Part shown: positions 10,408 through 21,009 of the stretch, piece by piece
Position numbering within the stretch: the first letter of the stretch is position 1
Layout of the letters: every line of letters starts with the position of its first letter
Assembly: GCA_965228855.1 (NCBI GenBank)
Contig: CBDDIJ010000003.1
Location: forward strand, 2,080,001-2,144,000
Reading direction: 5' to 3'
Length of the DNA stretch: 64,000 bases
From: Candidatus Obscuribacterales bacterium
Lineage (GTDB): Bacteria > Cyanobacteriota > Vampirovibrionia > Obscuribacterales > Obscuribacteraceae
Made by a program: the position numbers and the translations under genes
Notes under the pieces: generated by a model
Databases searched by the model: none
Seen by the model: the letters and a program-made list of their open reading frames with translations, nothing else
Told to the model about the DNA's origin: nothing

Positions 10408-10815
10408 ATGACAGCAGAGTCGCCGCAACCAGCATCCGACCAACAACCAGTTCAACGGCTGGCATTCTGGCCGAACATTCAAGCCTCCTTCAAATACATC
10501 CGTGAGTCCGTGAAGGCGGAAGGTTCGAACATACGAAAGTCTGATCCGGTCACCGTCTGGATGGTCCCCATCTTCACCGGCTGCCTTGTAATTGCGTCGC
10601 TTGTTTCCGGTCATGCAAAACTTGTGGTCGGCACGCTCGCTTATCTGAGCGCTCTGGTTTACGTCCTTGCTCGAATTGGTATTGTCCGCGGTATGACTCA
10701 TCGCCAGGTCAACATGGTCTGGCACCTTTTACTGGCATCATTCCTCTGCGGTCTGCTGTTCACGTTCACTTACCTGGAATTGCTGCGCGCAATAAGTCCG
10801 CCACCGGTTCATTAG
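10408..10815 (+). CDS. Hypothetical membrane protein (~3 TM)
   Basis: Hydrophobic segments; same orientation as the upstream operon. Confidence 0.7.
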   Translation: MTAESPQPASDQQPVQRLAFWPNIQASFKYIRESVKAEGSNIRKSDPVTVWMVPIFTGCLVIASLVSGHAKLVVGTLAYLSALVYVLARIGIVRGMTHRQVNMVWHLLLASFLCGLLFTFTYLELLRAISPPPVH

Positions 10816-10840
10816 GACTCTTCAGCCCTGCCTCGCTTAC

Positions 10841-13510
10841 TTACCTCGCCGCGCTCACAGTCGGCGTACTCTTAACAAGAGACAAATTGGATACGCGAAT
10901 TAAACCGCCGAGCGAAACTCCTTCAACAGGAGCAACAATTTTTTCGGTTTCCTTCTTATACTTCGGAGGAAGTTTTTGCGAGTCTATTGCGCTCGCAAAA
11001 GCCAGCACTCCAACGAGTTTTGCGCCGCCCTTCTGGGTTAAGAGCTTCACCGGATAAACATATTTGTGACTCTCCTCATCCGCGAGCAAAGGCATGGAGA
11101 AACCATCAGTGGTACCATCGTCGAACTGCAGATGCAACTTCAGCGAACACCAGGACTTGCCAGGCATGGGCGCTAATTGCATCATCAAATAATCATAATC
11201 ATCTACCACCACGTTTTTCTCCGGAGAAACGGATAACTGCTTCGCCGCCAGCACCGCGGAAGTATCCCCGGCAAATCCGGTGGAAACAGCTTTCCAATCA
11301 GTCGAGTCCATCGAGGGAAGGTCGAAACTCTGCAAGTAGGTCAGTGGAAAACGCGGAGACAAATCGGTGTTGCTCGGCGCAAGAGCCACGTTCTCAACAG
11401 GCTGAGATGAAGACTCCTGGACTATGTCAATGTGCGGATACATGAATAGAACGGAACTCGGAATACAATCTCTGTCATCGCATAATCCGGAATACTTCGA
11501 TTCTTGCGCGGACAGACCGAGGCGAATCGTCACGGACTTTCCTCGATAGGGAAGCAGGTTGAGCCGCACCGCTTTCCAACTATCGTCGCAACAGGTCACA
11601 TAAGAAGCGCCACCCGATGACTGCCAATTGTTTCGTTCAATAGCAGCTGCCCGGTCTGCCACCGAATAAGGTGCATCAGTCAAGACGGAAATTGTCGAAG
11701 CCACTTTGGATGATTTGCAATCGCCAGTAGTCTCGCTAAACCCTGTTACAGATGTATTGAATACGGCTTCCTTCGCATCCTGTGGCACCTTGAATTTCCA
11801 CTCTACGACGTTGCCGTCAGGCACGAGAAGATTCAAGTGCTGATAGTCACGCCAGGACTTGAGCCCTCGCTGCGATCGACCGTTAAGCCACGCAACTCGT
11901 TTTGCCCCAGAGCTGTGCTCGACTTCCACGTTATCCAGTGCGAACTGTCCCTGTAACGCCCAACTTTGATCGGGTGAAAAAACGCAAAGCGCATGCTTCT
12001 TCAAAGCCCCAGCAAAAGAGATAATTCTGTCGGGTCTTCCGTCATCGCTAAAAATCGTCGACTCTAAGAATGTCGGCGCAGTGGCATATTCCCGCAGGTA
12101 CTCACCGGATACTGGTGCACGAGCATTCAAAAAGAATTGCTTATCCCTGTACGAGACGTTAGTAACCAGATAAAGCGAGAACATCGTCAACAGGGCGACA
12201 GTGCTGGTCGAAGCCAGACCGAATCTCGAAAGAGAACCCAAGCGCAACTCCGGCCCAAAAGCCTTGCAGAGGTTTGCTACGCACAAACCAAAAACCGCAA
12301 GCCAACAATAAAGGGACATTGAGGCATACCATGGAGCGATATGAGTTCTAAATATTCCGACCGTCCAGATGCTAATGAAGCCATAGGCAAACAACAGCAT
12401 GCACACAAGCGTCCGTCTGCATAACCGCACCTTTGATAGAACCATAGGCACCATTAGCGCCACCACCATCGCGATTAAAATTGCAGCACTCATCTCTGCA
12501 CCGGGAAGGCGCCCATAATTCAATCCCATATCCCGCGCAAAAGGCCGCCCGAGTGCGTTGAACACAAACGTCGGAGCAAATAGACCGAAGGTTTTCGTCA
12601 ATTCATTGCTCTCGGTCGCACGATTGGACAAGAAGAAAAAGTATGGCGCCATCGATATCAGCGCGCCGGCTCCCCAATAAACCAGAGCGGCTCTTCTACC
12701 GACAAACAGCCCCTGACCTTCTCGTGCCTTCTGCTTAAAAGCCCTGTAAGTACCACTTCTCCTGATGTCCCAGTATTGCGACCACCCTCGAGTGGGAAGA
12801 AGTAAAACGGACATAAACAACGTCGCCCAACAAGGTAAGACATTACCGAATGAGAACGAGGAAAAAATCCCACCGAGTGCCATGAGGAACAAACCACGCG
12901 GTGTGCGCCCAAACTTGCAGAGACTCCACAGTGCAAAGGTAAACCCTAGCAAGCACAGACCGATAGCGATACTGGCCTCTCCATATATCATGATGCATGT
13001 CTGCGACATGGCAAATACGAGAGCAAAGGTTCCACCTGTCACGGCCAGCCTGGTGGCTCGGTCTCCGATACGACTAGCCAAAAGATCAGCGAGAAGTAGC
13101 GCTCTTATTACATGGATGGTCATGCCCACGTAAAGTTCGAAGGTCACATTCCAATGAGAGATATATGCAATCGCGGTATGCAATAGTACCGGAAACAGTA
13201 CCAAATGCGTTCGAATAAATGAATCGGAAAAAATAGAAAACCACTGATATTGACCGCTCAGCACCTTATCAACAACGTGCAAGAAAGCGGCGTAGTCAAC
13301 GCATACGTTGTTTGCGCCAGTCGAAATTATCAACCAGCAAATGAAAGAAAACGGTATCAGGCATACGAAAAAGCTAGCCACACCACAAATTTTGAGCGCT
13401 GAAGTAAACCACGAACTCTTCGCGTTTACGCCCTCGAACAGCGGCTCCAACCTTTCGGGATTCGGCGATTGCTGCCGGTCTGTAATAGTAGCTGCGGAAG
13501 TATTGAACAT
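10841..13510 (-). CDS. Large polytopic membrane protein with C-terminal periplasmic beta-rich domains (possible GT-C glycosyltransferase)
   Basis: 889-aa ORF; roughly 10-12 hydrophobic helices in the first ~450 aa, an acidic residue in the first loop (VDY), soluble C-terminus. Confidence 0.7.
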   Translation of the reverse strand: MFNTSAATITDRQQSPNPERLEPLFEGVNAKSSWFTSALKICGVASFFVCLIPFSFICWLIISTGANNVCVDYAAFLHVVDKVLSGQYQWFSIFSDSFIRTHLVLFPVLLHTAIAYISHWNVTFELYVGMTIHVIRALLLADLLASRIGDRATRLAVTGGTFALVFAMSQTCIMIYGEASIAIGLCLLGFTFALWSLCKFGRTPRGLFLMALGGIFSSFSFGNVLPCWATLFMSVLLLPTRGWSQYWDIRRSGTYRAFKQKAREGQGLFVGRRAALVYWGAGALISMAPYFFFLSNRATESNELTKTFGLFAPTFVFNALGRPFARDMGLNYGRLPGAEMSAAILIAMVVALMVPMVLSKVRLCRRTLVCMLLFAYGFISIWTVGIFRTHIAPWYASMSLYCWLAVFGLCVANLCKAFGPELRLGSLSRFGLASTSTVALLTMFSLYLVTNVSYRDKQFFLNARAPVSGEYLREYATAPTFLESTIFSDDGRPDRIISFAGALKKHALCVFSPDQSWALQGQFALDNVEVEHSSGAKRVAWLNGRSQRGLKSWRDYQHLNLLVPDGNVVEWKFKVPQDAKEAVFNTSVTGFSETTGDCKSSKVASTISVLTDAPYSVADRAAAIERNNWQSSGGASYVTCCDDSWKAVRLNLLPYRGKSVTIRLGLSAQESKYSGLCDDRDCIPSSVLFMYPHIDIVQESSSQPVENVALAPSNTDLSPRFPLTYLQSFDLPSMDSTDWKAVSTGFAGDTSAVLAAKQLSVSPEKNVVVDDYDYLMMQLAPMPGKSWCSLKLHLQFDDGTTDGFSMPLLADEESHKYVYPVKLLTQKGGAKLVGVLAFASAIDSQKLPPKYKKETEKIVAPVEGVSLGGLIRVSNLSLVKSTPTVSAAR

Positions 13511-13594
13511 TGAGTTGCTAGTAAATTCCTTGCAATTCCCAATGCTATTTTGCTCTAGTGTAAAGTGTTTTGCATTACCTTTCTGTCACCAAAT

Positions 13595-14722
13595 CTAGTG
13601 GCTATTCGAGGGCTTCTTCGCACTGGTCTTTTTAGATATAGAATCGATTCGACGCTGAATAGCAGACGCTTTGGCGCTATTCCCAGCCTTCTGATACGCA
13701 GCTCTGGCATCCTTTAGAGCTACAACGGTAAGTGGAGCTGTTGGGCCACAATTCGATTGAACTATCGATATTGCTTGTTCATATTCCTTGGCAGCATCGG
13801 CATACCTGCGGCGGTGTGTATAGATCTCACCAAGAAGTGTGTGAGCAGCGGATGCAGGAAGATAATTTTTACCGTGAGATCGCTCAAAAATCTTTAACGC
13901 ACGACGAACTGATTGATCTGCTAGCTCAAATTGCAATTGGCATTTCAATATCTTCGCGAGTTGTACGTGACAGTTTCCAGTGCAAAAACCTGGTGGCTTC
14001 TCGAGTTTAGTAAACAGGGCAAGCGATTCGCGACAGTTGGATTCCGCCTTCGCGTACCTTCCGAGATTACATTGAATCAAGCTCAGGAAATACAAATCAC
14101 TAGCTTTGAGCAGCTCTTTTTCACCTTTGAACTTGCTGGTGATGCGCACCAGTCGCTCGGCATAAGGCTCAGCTTCTTTGTACTTATTTTCGTTGAATAA
14201 AATCGTCGAAAGTTTTCGCAAGGACGTAGCCATATACTTATTGGCATCACCACTGATCAGGTCACGCAGCTTCACGGAGTGCTCCAGCGCAAGCGCCTCC
14301 AGCCAACCCTTTATATGAGTTGAATAAGCATCGGCCAGGTCTTCCATCCAAACAAGTGCCTCATGGTCGAGCGTTCCATCCTTCTTCTGCTCTTCAACAA
14401 GTTGCACGAGCCGTTTGTAGTAGACCTCCGCTTCCCAGTATTTGTCCTGCATGACATAAATTCTGGCGATGTGATACAACGTTTCGATGCGCTCGCTGCA
14501 GTTCTTTGGAAAAGAGCGCGACACTTCCATCGCCTGCTTGTAATATCGCTCCGCTGATGGATACGCACGTTCCATCTCGAGACGCTGCCCTTCCCGCTTC
14601 AAATCCATCCACTTGGTTTTGTCTACGGCACGACAAGGTTGAGCAGTTCCTGCAAGAAGGAAAGTACAAATTGCGATCGTCTCAACGACCTTTTTCCAGA
14701 AGCTGGAGCCCATCACCCTCAC
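13595..14722 (-). CDS. Exported tetratricopeptide-repeat protein
   Basis: Signal peptide; repeated 42-aa-type TPRs (Y..AE..Y..AL.I). Confidence 0.9.
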   Translation of the reverse strand: MRVMGSSFWKKVVETIAICTFLLAGTAQPCRAVDKTKWMDLKREGQRLEMERAYPSAERYYKQAMEVSRSFPKNCSERIETLYHIARIYVMQDKYWEAEVYYKRLVQLVEEQKKDGTLDHEALVWMEDLADAYSTHIKGWLEALALEHSVKLRDLISGDANKYMATSLRKLSTILFNENKYKEAEPYAERLVRITSKFKGEKELLKASDLYFLSLIQCNLGRYAKAESNCRESLALFTKLEKPPGFCTGNCHVQLAKILKCQLQFELADQSVRRALKIFERSHGKNYLPASAAHTLLGEIYTHRRRYADAAKEYEQAISIVQSNCGPTAPLTVVALKDARAAYQKAGNSAKASAIQRRIDSISKKTSAKKPSNSH

Positions 14723-14729
14723 AGTCCTT

Positions 14730-17036
14730 TCATTCGGATGGTTCCGGTGGCTCGGTCACACCAAATACATGTGAGCCGCGAGCCAGTGGCACGAGTTCTA
14801 TTCTGCACCCTGGAAACTGTTTTTTCAATTTGCTTACGTCTGATTTGGTAACCGGTGAACTGATATAAAGAGTCCTTATCTTCGAATTCTTCAATAATCT
14901 TTCGACCTGGTTGTATGTCATTCCGGTGGAGGCGGCACGAAAAACATTCAGTTTTTTCCAGTCGCAGATGGCATCGACCATGTCATTACTCATGGACTGG
15001 CCGGAAGCATCATACTCACGTATGTTTGATTTCTTCAGGTACCCTATGCCCGAGGGAGTTACAAGATTTTCGTTCTCGAGAGAAACATATTGCAGTGTCG
15101 AAGACGCCGCAATTTCCTTGAGGTGTTCGTCGGTTGCATCCGTGGCACCCAGAGTAAGCGCCTTCAATTTCGATTCACGGAGAAAGCGTAAGTCCCGAGG
15201 CTCGAAGCGACAACCACTCACTGTCAAAATTCTCAGGCTCGGAAACTTGCTAAGACAAGACCAGTATTTTGTATTCATACTCCGGCTGCTTAGCATGTGC
15301 AACTCAGTCAGATTCGCGAGCGATGATAGAGAGCCCAGCGTTGCGCCTGTAACATAGGGACATTTGCCGATGGATAAAAATTCCAGCTTTTTGAAGTTAG
15401 GAATTTTTGTGACACCGGTGTCGGTGAGTCCACTTCCAGTCAAGTCGAGGAATTTCACGTTGGGAACCTTCAATGCGACTTCTCTGAGCGTTTCGCCTGA
15501 GAGATCAGGATTGCCACCGAGAATCAGGCTCGTCAATGTAGGAATATTCGGCAAATACTTTGCCAGATTGTTGTCCGTCACTGGAGAATTTTTCAGCTGC
15601 AAATTCGTCAACTTCAGCCCCTTGAGATAACGGAGACCTGTGCCGCTGAATCGCAAAGGAGTTTGAATCCGCAACGAAGAGATCTCGAAGTGATTCTCAA
15701 CCAGTTTCAAATCCTTATCGTCAGAACATGCAACAACATCAAAGCTGCCTGAAATATGTTTGCTGGGGAGGAGTTGCGGAACAGAAATTCGATCGAGCAG
15801 ACTCAGATTGTCTTCTTCCTCGGACGCTTTCAAGACTACGTTGTAGCCGAAGTTCTGCGCATCCCCGGAAGCCTCCAACGCCTTTACCCGCCGTTTCTTC
15901 GTCGAGTTTCCGGAGACTCCATCGACGTTCTTCACCACAGTTGCTTTTATTCGATTTATGTTATCCATGCCTTTATGGGCGCCAATCTTGTCAAAACCAG
16001 CTTGCCCATTGAGCACCACAATCACTGCAATGATTAGAACGATGATAAATGCAATAACGACGGATATCGGTACGTTCTTTATCGTTTGCAAGACGCCACG
16101 TCTGGGCTCCGGCACCACCAGATACGGTTGCACCTGATCATCAGAGATGTTCTTCTCCGCCTCCACGGCGTGAGCTTCGATCGGAACCGTTCGAAGCGCC
16201 GCAGCCAGATCCTCGGCACTTTGATAGCGCAAATTCGGATCGCGATTTAAGGTTTTCGCGACGATTTCGGGTAGATGCCGAGGCCAGTCGACATCGGGAC
16301 AAACATCATACAGTGATGGCGCGTCGTAGTTTATATGACACATTATGGTATCGACTACGGTATCACGCTTATATGGAGGATCTCCAGTGAGTGCGTCGAA
16401 CATTAGACATCCGAATGAATAAATATCCGAACGCGCATCGATTTCAGTACCATGACATTGCTCCGGCGACATAAATTCCGGGGTACCGACGGCAACGCCC
16501 TCTCGGGTGAGGCGCTGGTCTTCGTCAGCCAGCCGAGCCAAACCAAAATCGACGAGCTTCGCTGTCGGCTGTTGTGGGTTTCTAAAATCAACAAGTATAT
16601 TGTTTGGGTTCAAATCGCGATGAATTACGCCATTCTCGTGCGCGTGCGAGAGCCCACTGAGCACTTGCAAGAACAGCGGGATACACTCATCAGGAGCCAG
16701 CCGGCCGTGGCTCGCAATCAGCCGGCGTAAGTTCATTCCCTCGATCAATTCCAGAACGAGATAAAAGTTGTTTTTATCGTCCAGTCTGAAATCCAGAACA
16801 GTGACGATGTTGGAATGTTTGAGTTTCGCGGCGGCGCGTGCTTCCTTTTGAAAGCGAAGAAGCGCTATAGAATTGGAGTCCGTGACGTTCAACATTTTGA
16901 GCGCCACGTCTTTCTGCAGCGTTACATCCTCAGCACGAAAAACCACGCCATAATGTCCGCTTCCAAGAGTCGATATTATCCGATAGCGATCGGCAACAAT
17001 TTGACCGGGCTGGGTCAAGTGATCAGCTCCGCACAC
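14730..17036 (-). CDS. Hanks-type Ser/Thr protein kinase with TM helix and C-terminal leucine-rich repeats
   Basis: GSGHYGVV, VALK, HRDLNPNN, DFG, GTPEFMSPEQ, DIYSFG; TM VVIAFIIVLIIAVIVV; LxxLxL repeats. Confidence 0.93.
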   Translation of the reverse strand: MCGADHLTQPGQIVADRYRIISTLGSGHYGVVFRAEDVTLQKDVALKMLNVTDSNSIALLRFQKEARAAAKLKHSNIVTVLDFRLDDKNNFYLVLELIEGMNLRRLIASHGRLAPDECIPLFLQVLSGLSHAHENGVIHRDLNPNNILVDFRNPQQPTAKLVDFGLARLADEDQRLTREGVAVGTPEFMSPEQCHGTEIDARSDIYSFGCLMFDALTGDPPYKRDTVVDTIMCHINYDAPSLYDVCPDVDWPRHLPEIVAKTLNRDPNLRYQSAEDLAAALRTVPIEAHAVEAEKNISDDQVQPYLVVPEPRRGVLQTIKNVPISVVIAFIIVLIIAVIVVLNGQAGFDKIGAHKGMDNINRIKATVVKNVDGVSGNSTKKRRVKALEASGDAQNFGYNVVLKASEEEDNLSLLDRISVPQLLPSKHISGSFDVVACSDDKDLKLVENHFEISSLRIQTPLRFSGTGLRYLKGLKLTNLQLKNSPVTDNNLAKYLPNIPTLTSLILGGNPDLSGETLREVALKVPNVKFLDLTGSGLTDTGVTKIPNFKKLEFLSIGKCPYVTGATLGSLSSLANLTELHMLSSRSMNTKYWSCLSKFPSLRILTVSGCRFEPRDLRFLRESKLKALTLGATDATDEHLKEIAASSTLQYVSLENENLVTPSGIGYLKKSNIREYDASGQSMSNDMVDAICDWKKLNVFRAASTGMTYNQVERLLKNSKIRTLYISSPVTKSDVSKLKKQFPGCRIELVPLARGSHVFGVTEPPEPSE

Positions 17037-17238
17037 TCATACTTCCAGATTCAATATACCCGCTTCTGGCGCCGCAAACTAGGAAGGGGCAACGCCATTC
17101 TCAGTCGCTCAAATGCCGTCCCGCTTGCCTTTGAGCCCGAAATGACTTATGTTACAGGGGTTAATTTGAAGTTGGGTTCGAACTCCGATCAAGACAGCGT
17201 TTGGCTAGCTCTGGCGCCAACCTAGAAAGAAACATCTC

Positions 17239-20200
17239 TTGAATTCCATCGTGGGCAACGCCCTTCCTTCACTCCCCCTCGTCCCGCAGCAGCAACAAGC
17301 GCTTCCAGGCGAGGACCGTTATGTCGAGGAGCTGCTTTCTCGCCTCCGCTTCGAGCACCCGCTGCGGAAATATCAGGTTGAAATTCTCGATATCGTGAAA
17401 GATAAAGTCGAGCAAGGTCGACGTGAAGTTCACATCGTCGCACCGCCTGGAGCAGGCAAAACAATTATCGGTCTGCAGATGTGCATCAATTTCAAAAAGC
17501 CTGCACTTATTCTCACACCTAATACGACGATCCAATCACAATGGTCGCAAAAATTGCGGTCGTTTATTCCGAAAGAGATGCAAGACTTCGAGCCGTCGGA
17601 AATCGTCGGAACTCACGAAGTTCGCCCGCTAAAACCAATCACGGTTTTGACTTACCAGGTTCTCTCCACTCCGGGAAGAGAACAAGAATATCTGGAACAA
17701 CTCGCACAGCGCGAATGGATAAATGAATTGCGCGCCAACAGAGCTTACTCCGTTGGTGAAGCGGAACTGCGAATTCTCGAGTTGATGCAAAACAATCCGA
17801 AAGCGCATCAGCGAGAAATGTCGAGACACGCGAGCCGCATTAGAAGAAAACTCACCGATGTTTTAAAACTCGACGAAGTTTTGCACAAAAACGCGCAGGA
17901 TCTAATCCAGTCACTTCGCCGCCAGGGCGTTGGTCTGGTCATCTTCGATGAATGCCATCACCTGACGGACTACTGGGCCGCAATTATGGTTCATCTTCTC
18001 AAAGCACTCGATGAACCGCTGGTAGTGGCACTCACCGGTACGCCACCCGAAGGTAAATCGTCAACTCAGGAAAACCGATATCTTTCTCTAGTGGGGAACA
18101 TAGACTATCAAGTTCCAACGCCGGCGCTCGTTCGAGAGGGCGGTCTGGCGCCATTTCAAGACCTCGTTTACTTTACGGAACCGACCGTCAAAGAGCTGGA
18201 GTTTCTGGAGTCTCAGCATGAGGACTTCCATCAGCTTATCGACGAACTAACTGGTCAGAAAGATGAGAACACAAAGTTCAGTTGCCGATTAAATGAGAAT
18301 GGAACCTATGATGTGATAGACGGAGAAGAAGTCGTATCTCCGCTTCTCACCTGGGTTTTGAGAAGAACGATTGAGGCGGCCGAAGGCGAGGGCTGGCAGA
18401 AGTTTCAAGAAAAATACAAAGCGCTTTCACTAGCTATTTTAAGATGCTTGTATCGTTATCGCTTGCCTGCACCTAAACGAGTCTCCATGTCTGAAGGCTG
18501 CAATCAAGCTCCATCGCTTGATGATTGGATGACACTTCTGGACGATTTCGCATCGCATAAGCTGAAAATTGCAGCGGGCACCGATAGTCACGATCTGTTT
18601 GAAAAAATTCGGCGCGCCGCGCGAAAACTCGGCTACGGGATATCCGAGCGTGGTCTTCGCAAACAAGCATCACCTGCCGACCGTGTCCTTGCATTCAGCA
18701 AAAGCAAGGCACAAGCAGCAGCTGAAGTTCTTGCTGTCGAATTCGAGGGTTTGGGAGAACGGTTGCGAGCGATTGTGGTAACCGATTTCGAGAGAATGTC
18801 CGCCACTGGCTTTCAAGCTGTTAAGGGCGTACTGGACGAGGACTCCGGAGGAGCTGTCGGAGTCTTCCGAGCATTGCTTCAAAAACCAATCGCAGCAAAC
18901 GTCAATCCGTGCCTGGTCACGGGAGGATTACTCTTAATCGATTACCGTATAAAAGATCAGTTTACCGAGGCAGCCAGAGAGTTTCTCCTCAAAGAAGGGC
19001 TTAAGGTCCCACTTTCGGTGGTCGATTGCGAAGAGAATCTCTATTGCGAAATCACGGGTCAAAGTGGAGACTGGGCTTCTAAGCTCTATGTGCGCCTTGC
19101 CACGGAGTTGTTCGAGCGCGGAATCTCGAGGTGCATGATCGGCACCCGCGGTCTATTCGGCGAAGGTTGGGACAGTCAGGCGCTCAACACGTTGCTGGAT
19201 TTAACCACGACTACCGCACCGGTTTCTGTCAAACAGTTGCGCGGGAGAAGTATCCGCATTCAAACCAACGATCCGCTGGGTCACCGCAAGGTGGCGAACA
19301 ACTGGGACATTGTCTGCGTCGCGCCACAACTGGAGAAAGGTCTCAACGACTACCATAGATTCGTTCGAAAACACGAAGGCTTCTTTGGCGTTTCCGACGA
19401 TGGTCAAATCGAAAAGGGCGTAGGTCACGTTCATCCAACTTTGTCTGACATGACACCTCTTGAGGTTTTCGAATCGCACGCGAAACTAAACCAGGAAATG
19501 ACAACCAGAGCCTATCGCCGCGAAGATGTCTACGATCTCTGGAAAGTTGGAATTCCATATGAGAACAAAATGCTCGGCTGCGTGGAACTGTCAAATCTCC
19601 GCGCACCGCATATAACACCACCCAATTTAAAGGGTAATTGCACGTATAAAGAACACTCCAGCCAGATGCGCAGCGCACTTGCAGGAGTTTGGGGAGAGTT
19701 CGCCGGCGTTGGCGCAATGGCTTCCACCGGACTGGCGGTTGTCCTGGCGCAGACCGGCGGTCCATTGGGACTCGCGCTGTTGCCGATGGCCGGACTGCTT
19801 GTTGCAGGGTTCGGAAAGTATCAGGCATTACGCAACAACTTCAAACAGCAGATTCTTGATGGTCACTGTCAGGACGAGAATTTGAAGAATATTGCAACTG
19901 CAGTTCTGTCAGCACTCAAGCGACGCCGACTTCTGCCTTATAGAGCGAAGGCAAAGGACATTGTTATATCGGAAAGAAGTAACGGATGCTACCGAGTATT
20001 TCTGAACAACGTGGACTATGATGCATCCAAACTTTTTGTCAACGCGGTTACCGAAGTATTCGCTCCCATTACAGGACAGCCGTATATCATTGGCAGACAA
20101 GAGTTTCGGGTTGTTGAACCGCCAAAGAGAAGTTTCATTCCCGCCGCGTTGCAAAACGCTATTCGCAACGCTCAAAGCAAATACAGTAATTCCAGCGAAC

Positions 20201-20565
20201 AACCGGAAGACGAAAGCGATGTTGAATCGGAAGAAAACGGCTTGGAAACTGAAACGACTGCAACCTTAACGAGACCGAATCAGCCGCCGGTTTCAACATC
20301 GGATAGTAACGATGCTAAACCGACTAAAGCACAGGAGCAGTTTTTCAGTCGCTACATTGACGGTCAATTGAAACCGACACTCGCCGGATATCACGCAGTG
20401 CCGGCTGTTTTGGCAAAGTCTGAAAAGGGTCGGCAAGCGTTCCAGGACTCATGGAATAAGTACGTGAGCCCTGGAGAAATCATCTCCACTGAAGCGAACC
20501 CGGATATTATCAACAAATATTTCGGGGTCGGACCATCTACTGCCAAGAGACTGTTATGGGAGTGA
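17239..20565 (+). CDS. SF2 DExH helicase (ResIII-like) with C-terminal hydrophobic hairpin
   Basis: LRKYQ Q-motif, APPGAGKT, DECHH, LTGTP, GEGWD, QLRGRSIR. Confidence 0.9.
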   Translation: MNSIVGNALPSLPLVPQQQQALPGEDRYVEELLSRLRFEHPLRKYQVEILDIVKDKVEQGRREVHIVAPPGAGKTIIGLQMCINFKKPALILTPNTTIQSQWSQKLRSFIPKEMQDFEPSEIVGTHEVRPLKPITVLTYQVLSTPGREQEYLEQLAQREWINELRANRAYSVGEAELRILELMQNNPKAHQREMSRHASRIRRKLTDVLKLDEVLHKNAQDLIQSLRRQGVGLVIFDECHHLTDYWAAIMVHLLKALDEPLVVALTGTPPEGKSSTQENRYLSLVGNIDYQVPTPALVREGGLAPFQDLVYFTEPTVKELEFLESQHEDFHQLIDELTGQKDENTKFSCRLNENGTYDVIDGEEVVSPLLTWVLRRTIEAAEGEGWQKFQEKYKALSLAILRCLYRYRLPAPKRVSMSEGCNQAPSLDDWMTLLDDFASHKLKIAAGTDSHDLFEKIRRAARKLGYGISERGLRKQASPADRVLAFSKSKAQAAAEVLAVEFEGLGERLRAIVVTDFERMSATGFQAVKGVLDEDSGGAVGVFRALLQKPIAANVNPCLVTGGLLLIDYRIKDQFTEAAREFLLKEGLKVPLSVVDCEENLYCEITGQSGDWASKLYVRLATELFERGISRCMIGTRGLFGEGWDSQALNTLLDLTTTTAPVSVKQLRGRSIRIQTNDPLGHRKVANNWDIVCVAPQLEKGLNDYHRFVRKHEGFFGVSDDGQIEKGVGHVHPTLSDMTPLEVFESHAKLNQEMTTRAYRREDVYDLWKVGIPYENKMLGCVELSNLRAPHITPPNLKGNCTYKEHSSQMRSALAGVWGEFAGVGAMASTGLAVVLAQTGGPLGLALLPMAGLLVAGFGKYQALRNNFKQQILDGHCQDENLKNIATAVLSALKRRRLLPYRAKAKDIVISERSNGCYRVFLNNVDYDASKLFVNAVTEVFAPITGQPYIIGRQEFRVVEPPKRSFIPAALQNAIRNAQSKYSNSSEQPEDESDVESEENGLETETTATLTRPNQPPVSTSDSNDAKPTKAQEQFFSRYIDGQLKPTLAGYHAVPAVLAKSEKGRQAFQDSWNKYVSPGEIISTEANPDIINKYFGVGPSTAKRLLWE

Positions 20566-20699
20566 CCAAGCGGGTTTCGGGTCCCTGCCAGTTCGGCTCC
20601 GGGTGATTTTGCGTGACTATTGCCGGCAGATTGTATATGATTGATCTATGCGATGGGAGCATGGCTGGTTATCGGGAACGTTTCTAGAACACATACACT

Positions 20700-20990
20700 A
20701 TGCAAAACCAAGACACAATCGATTTTTCGTCACCAATCAAAGATTACAAACCAGGCGACATCTTGAAGTGTCGCATTCTCGAGAAGAACAGCGGCGGTTA
20801 TGCCTTGAGTCTTCCGGACAATGATCTTCGCGATGCATTTCTGCCAACATCGGTCAAACTGCGCGAAGGCGATGAGCTTGATGTACTGTTCGTTTTCACG
20901 GACGGCAAACGCATTTTCTGCTCGTACTCCGATGAGGAGTTCAAGCGTCGCGTAGAGTTGAAGGCAAGCCAAGATCAAACAGCTTCTTAG
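20700..20990 (+). CDS. Small S1/OB-fold-like protein
   Basis: YKPGDILKCRILEKNSGGYAL...AFLP...LREGDELDV pattern resembles S1 domains. Confidence 0.6.
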   Translation: MQNQDTIDFSSPIKDYKPGDILKCRILEKNSGGYALSLPDNDLRDAFLPTSVKLREGDELDVLFVFTDGKRIFCSYSDEEFKRRVELKASQDQTAS

Positions 20991-21009
20991 GAAGCTAGAG
21001 GTTTCACTT

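Noticed and set aside
17171..17190. GGGTTCGAACTCC resembling a tRNA T-arm
   Set aside because: No acceptor stem, D-arm or anticodon arm could be folded.
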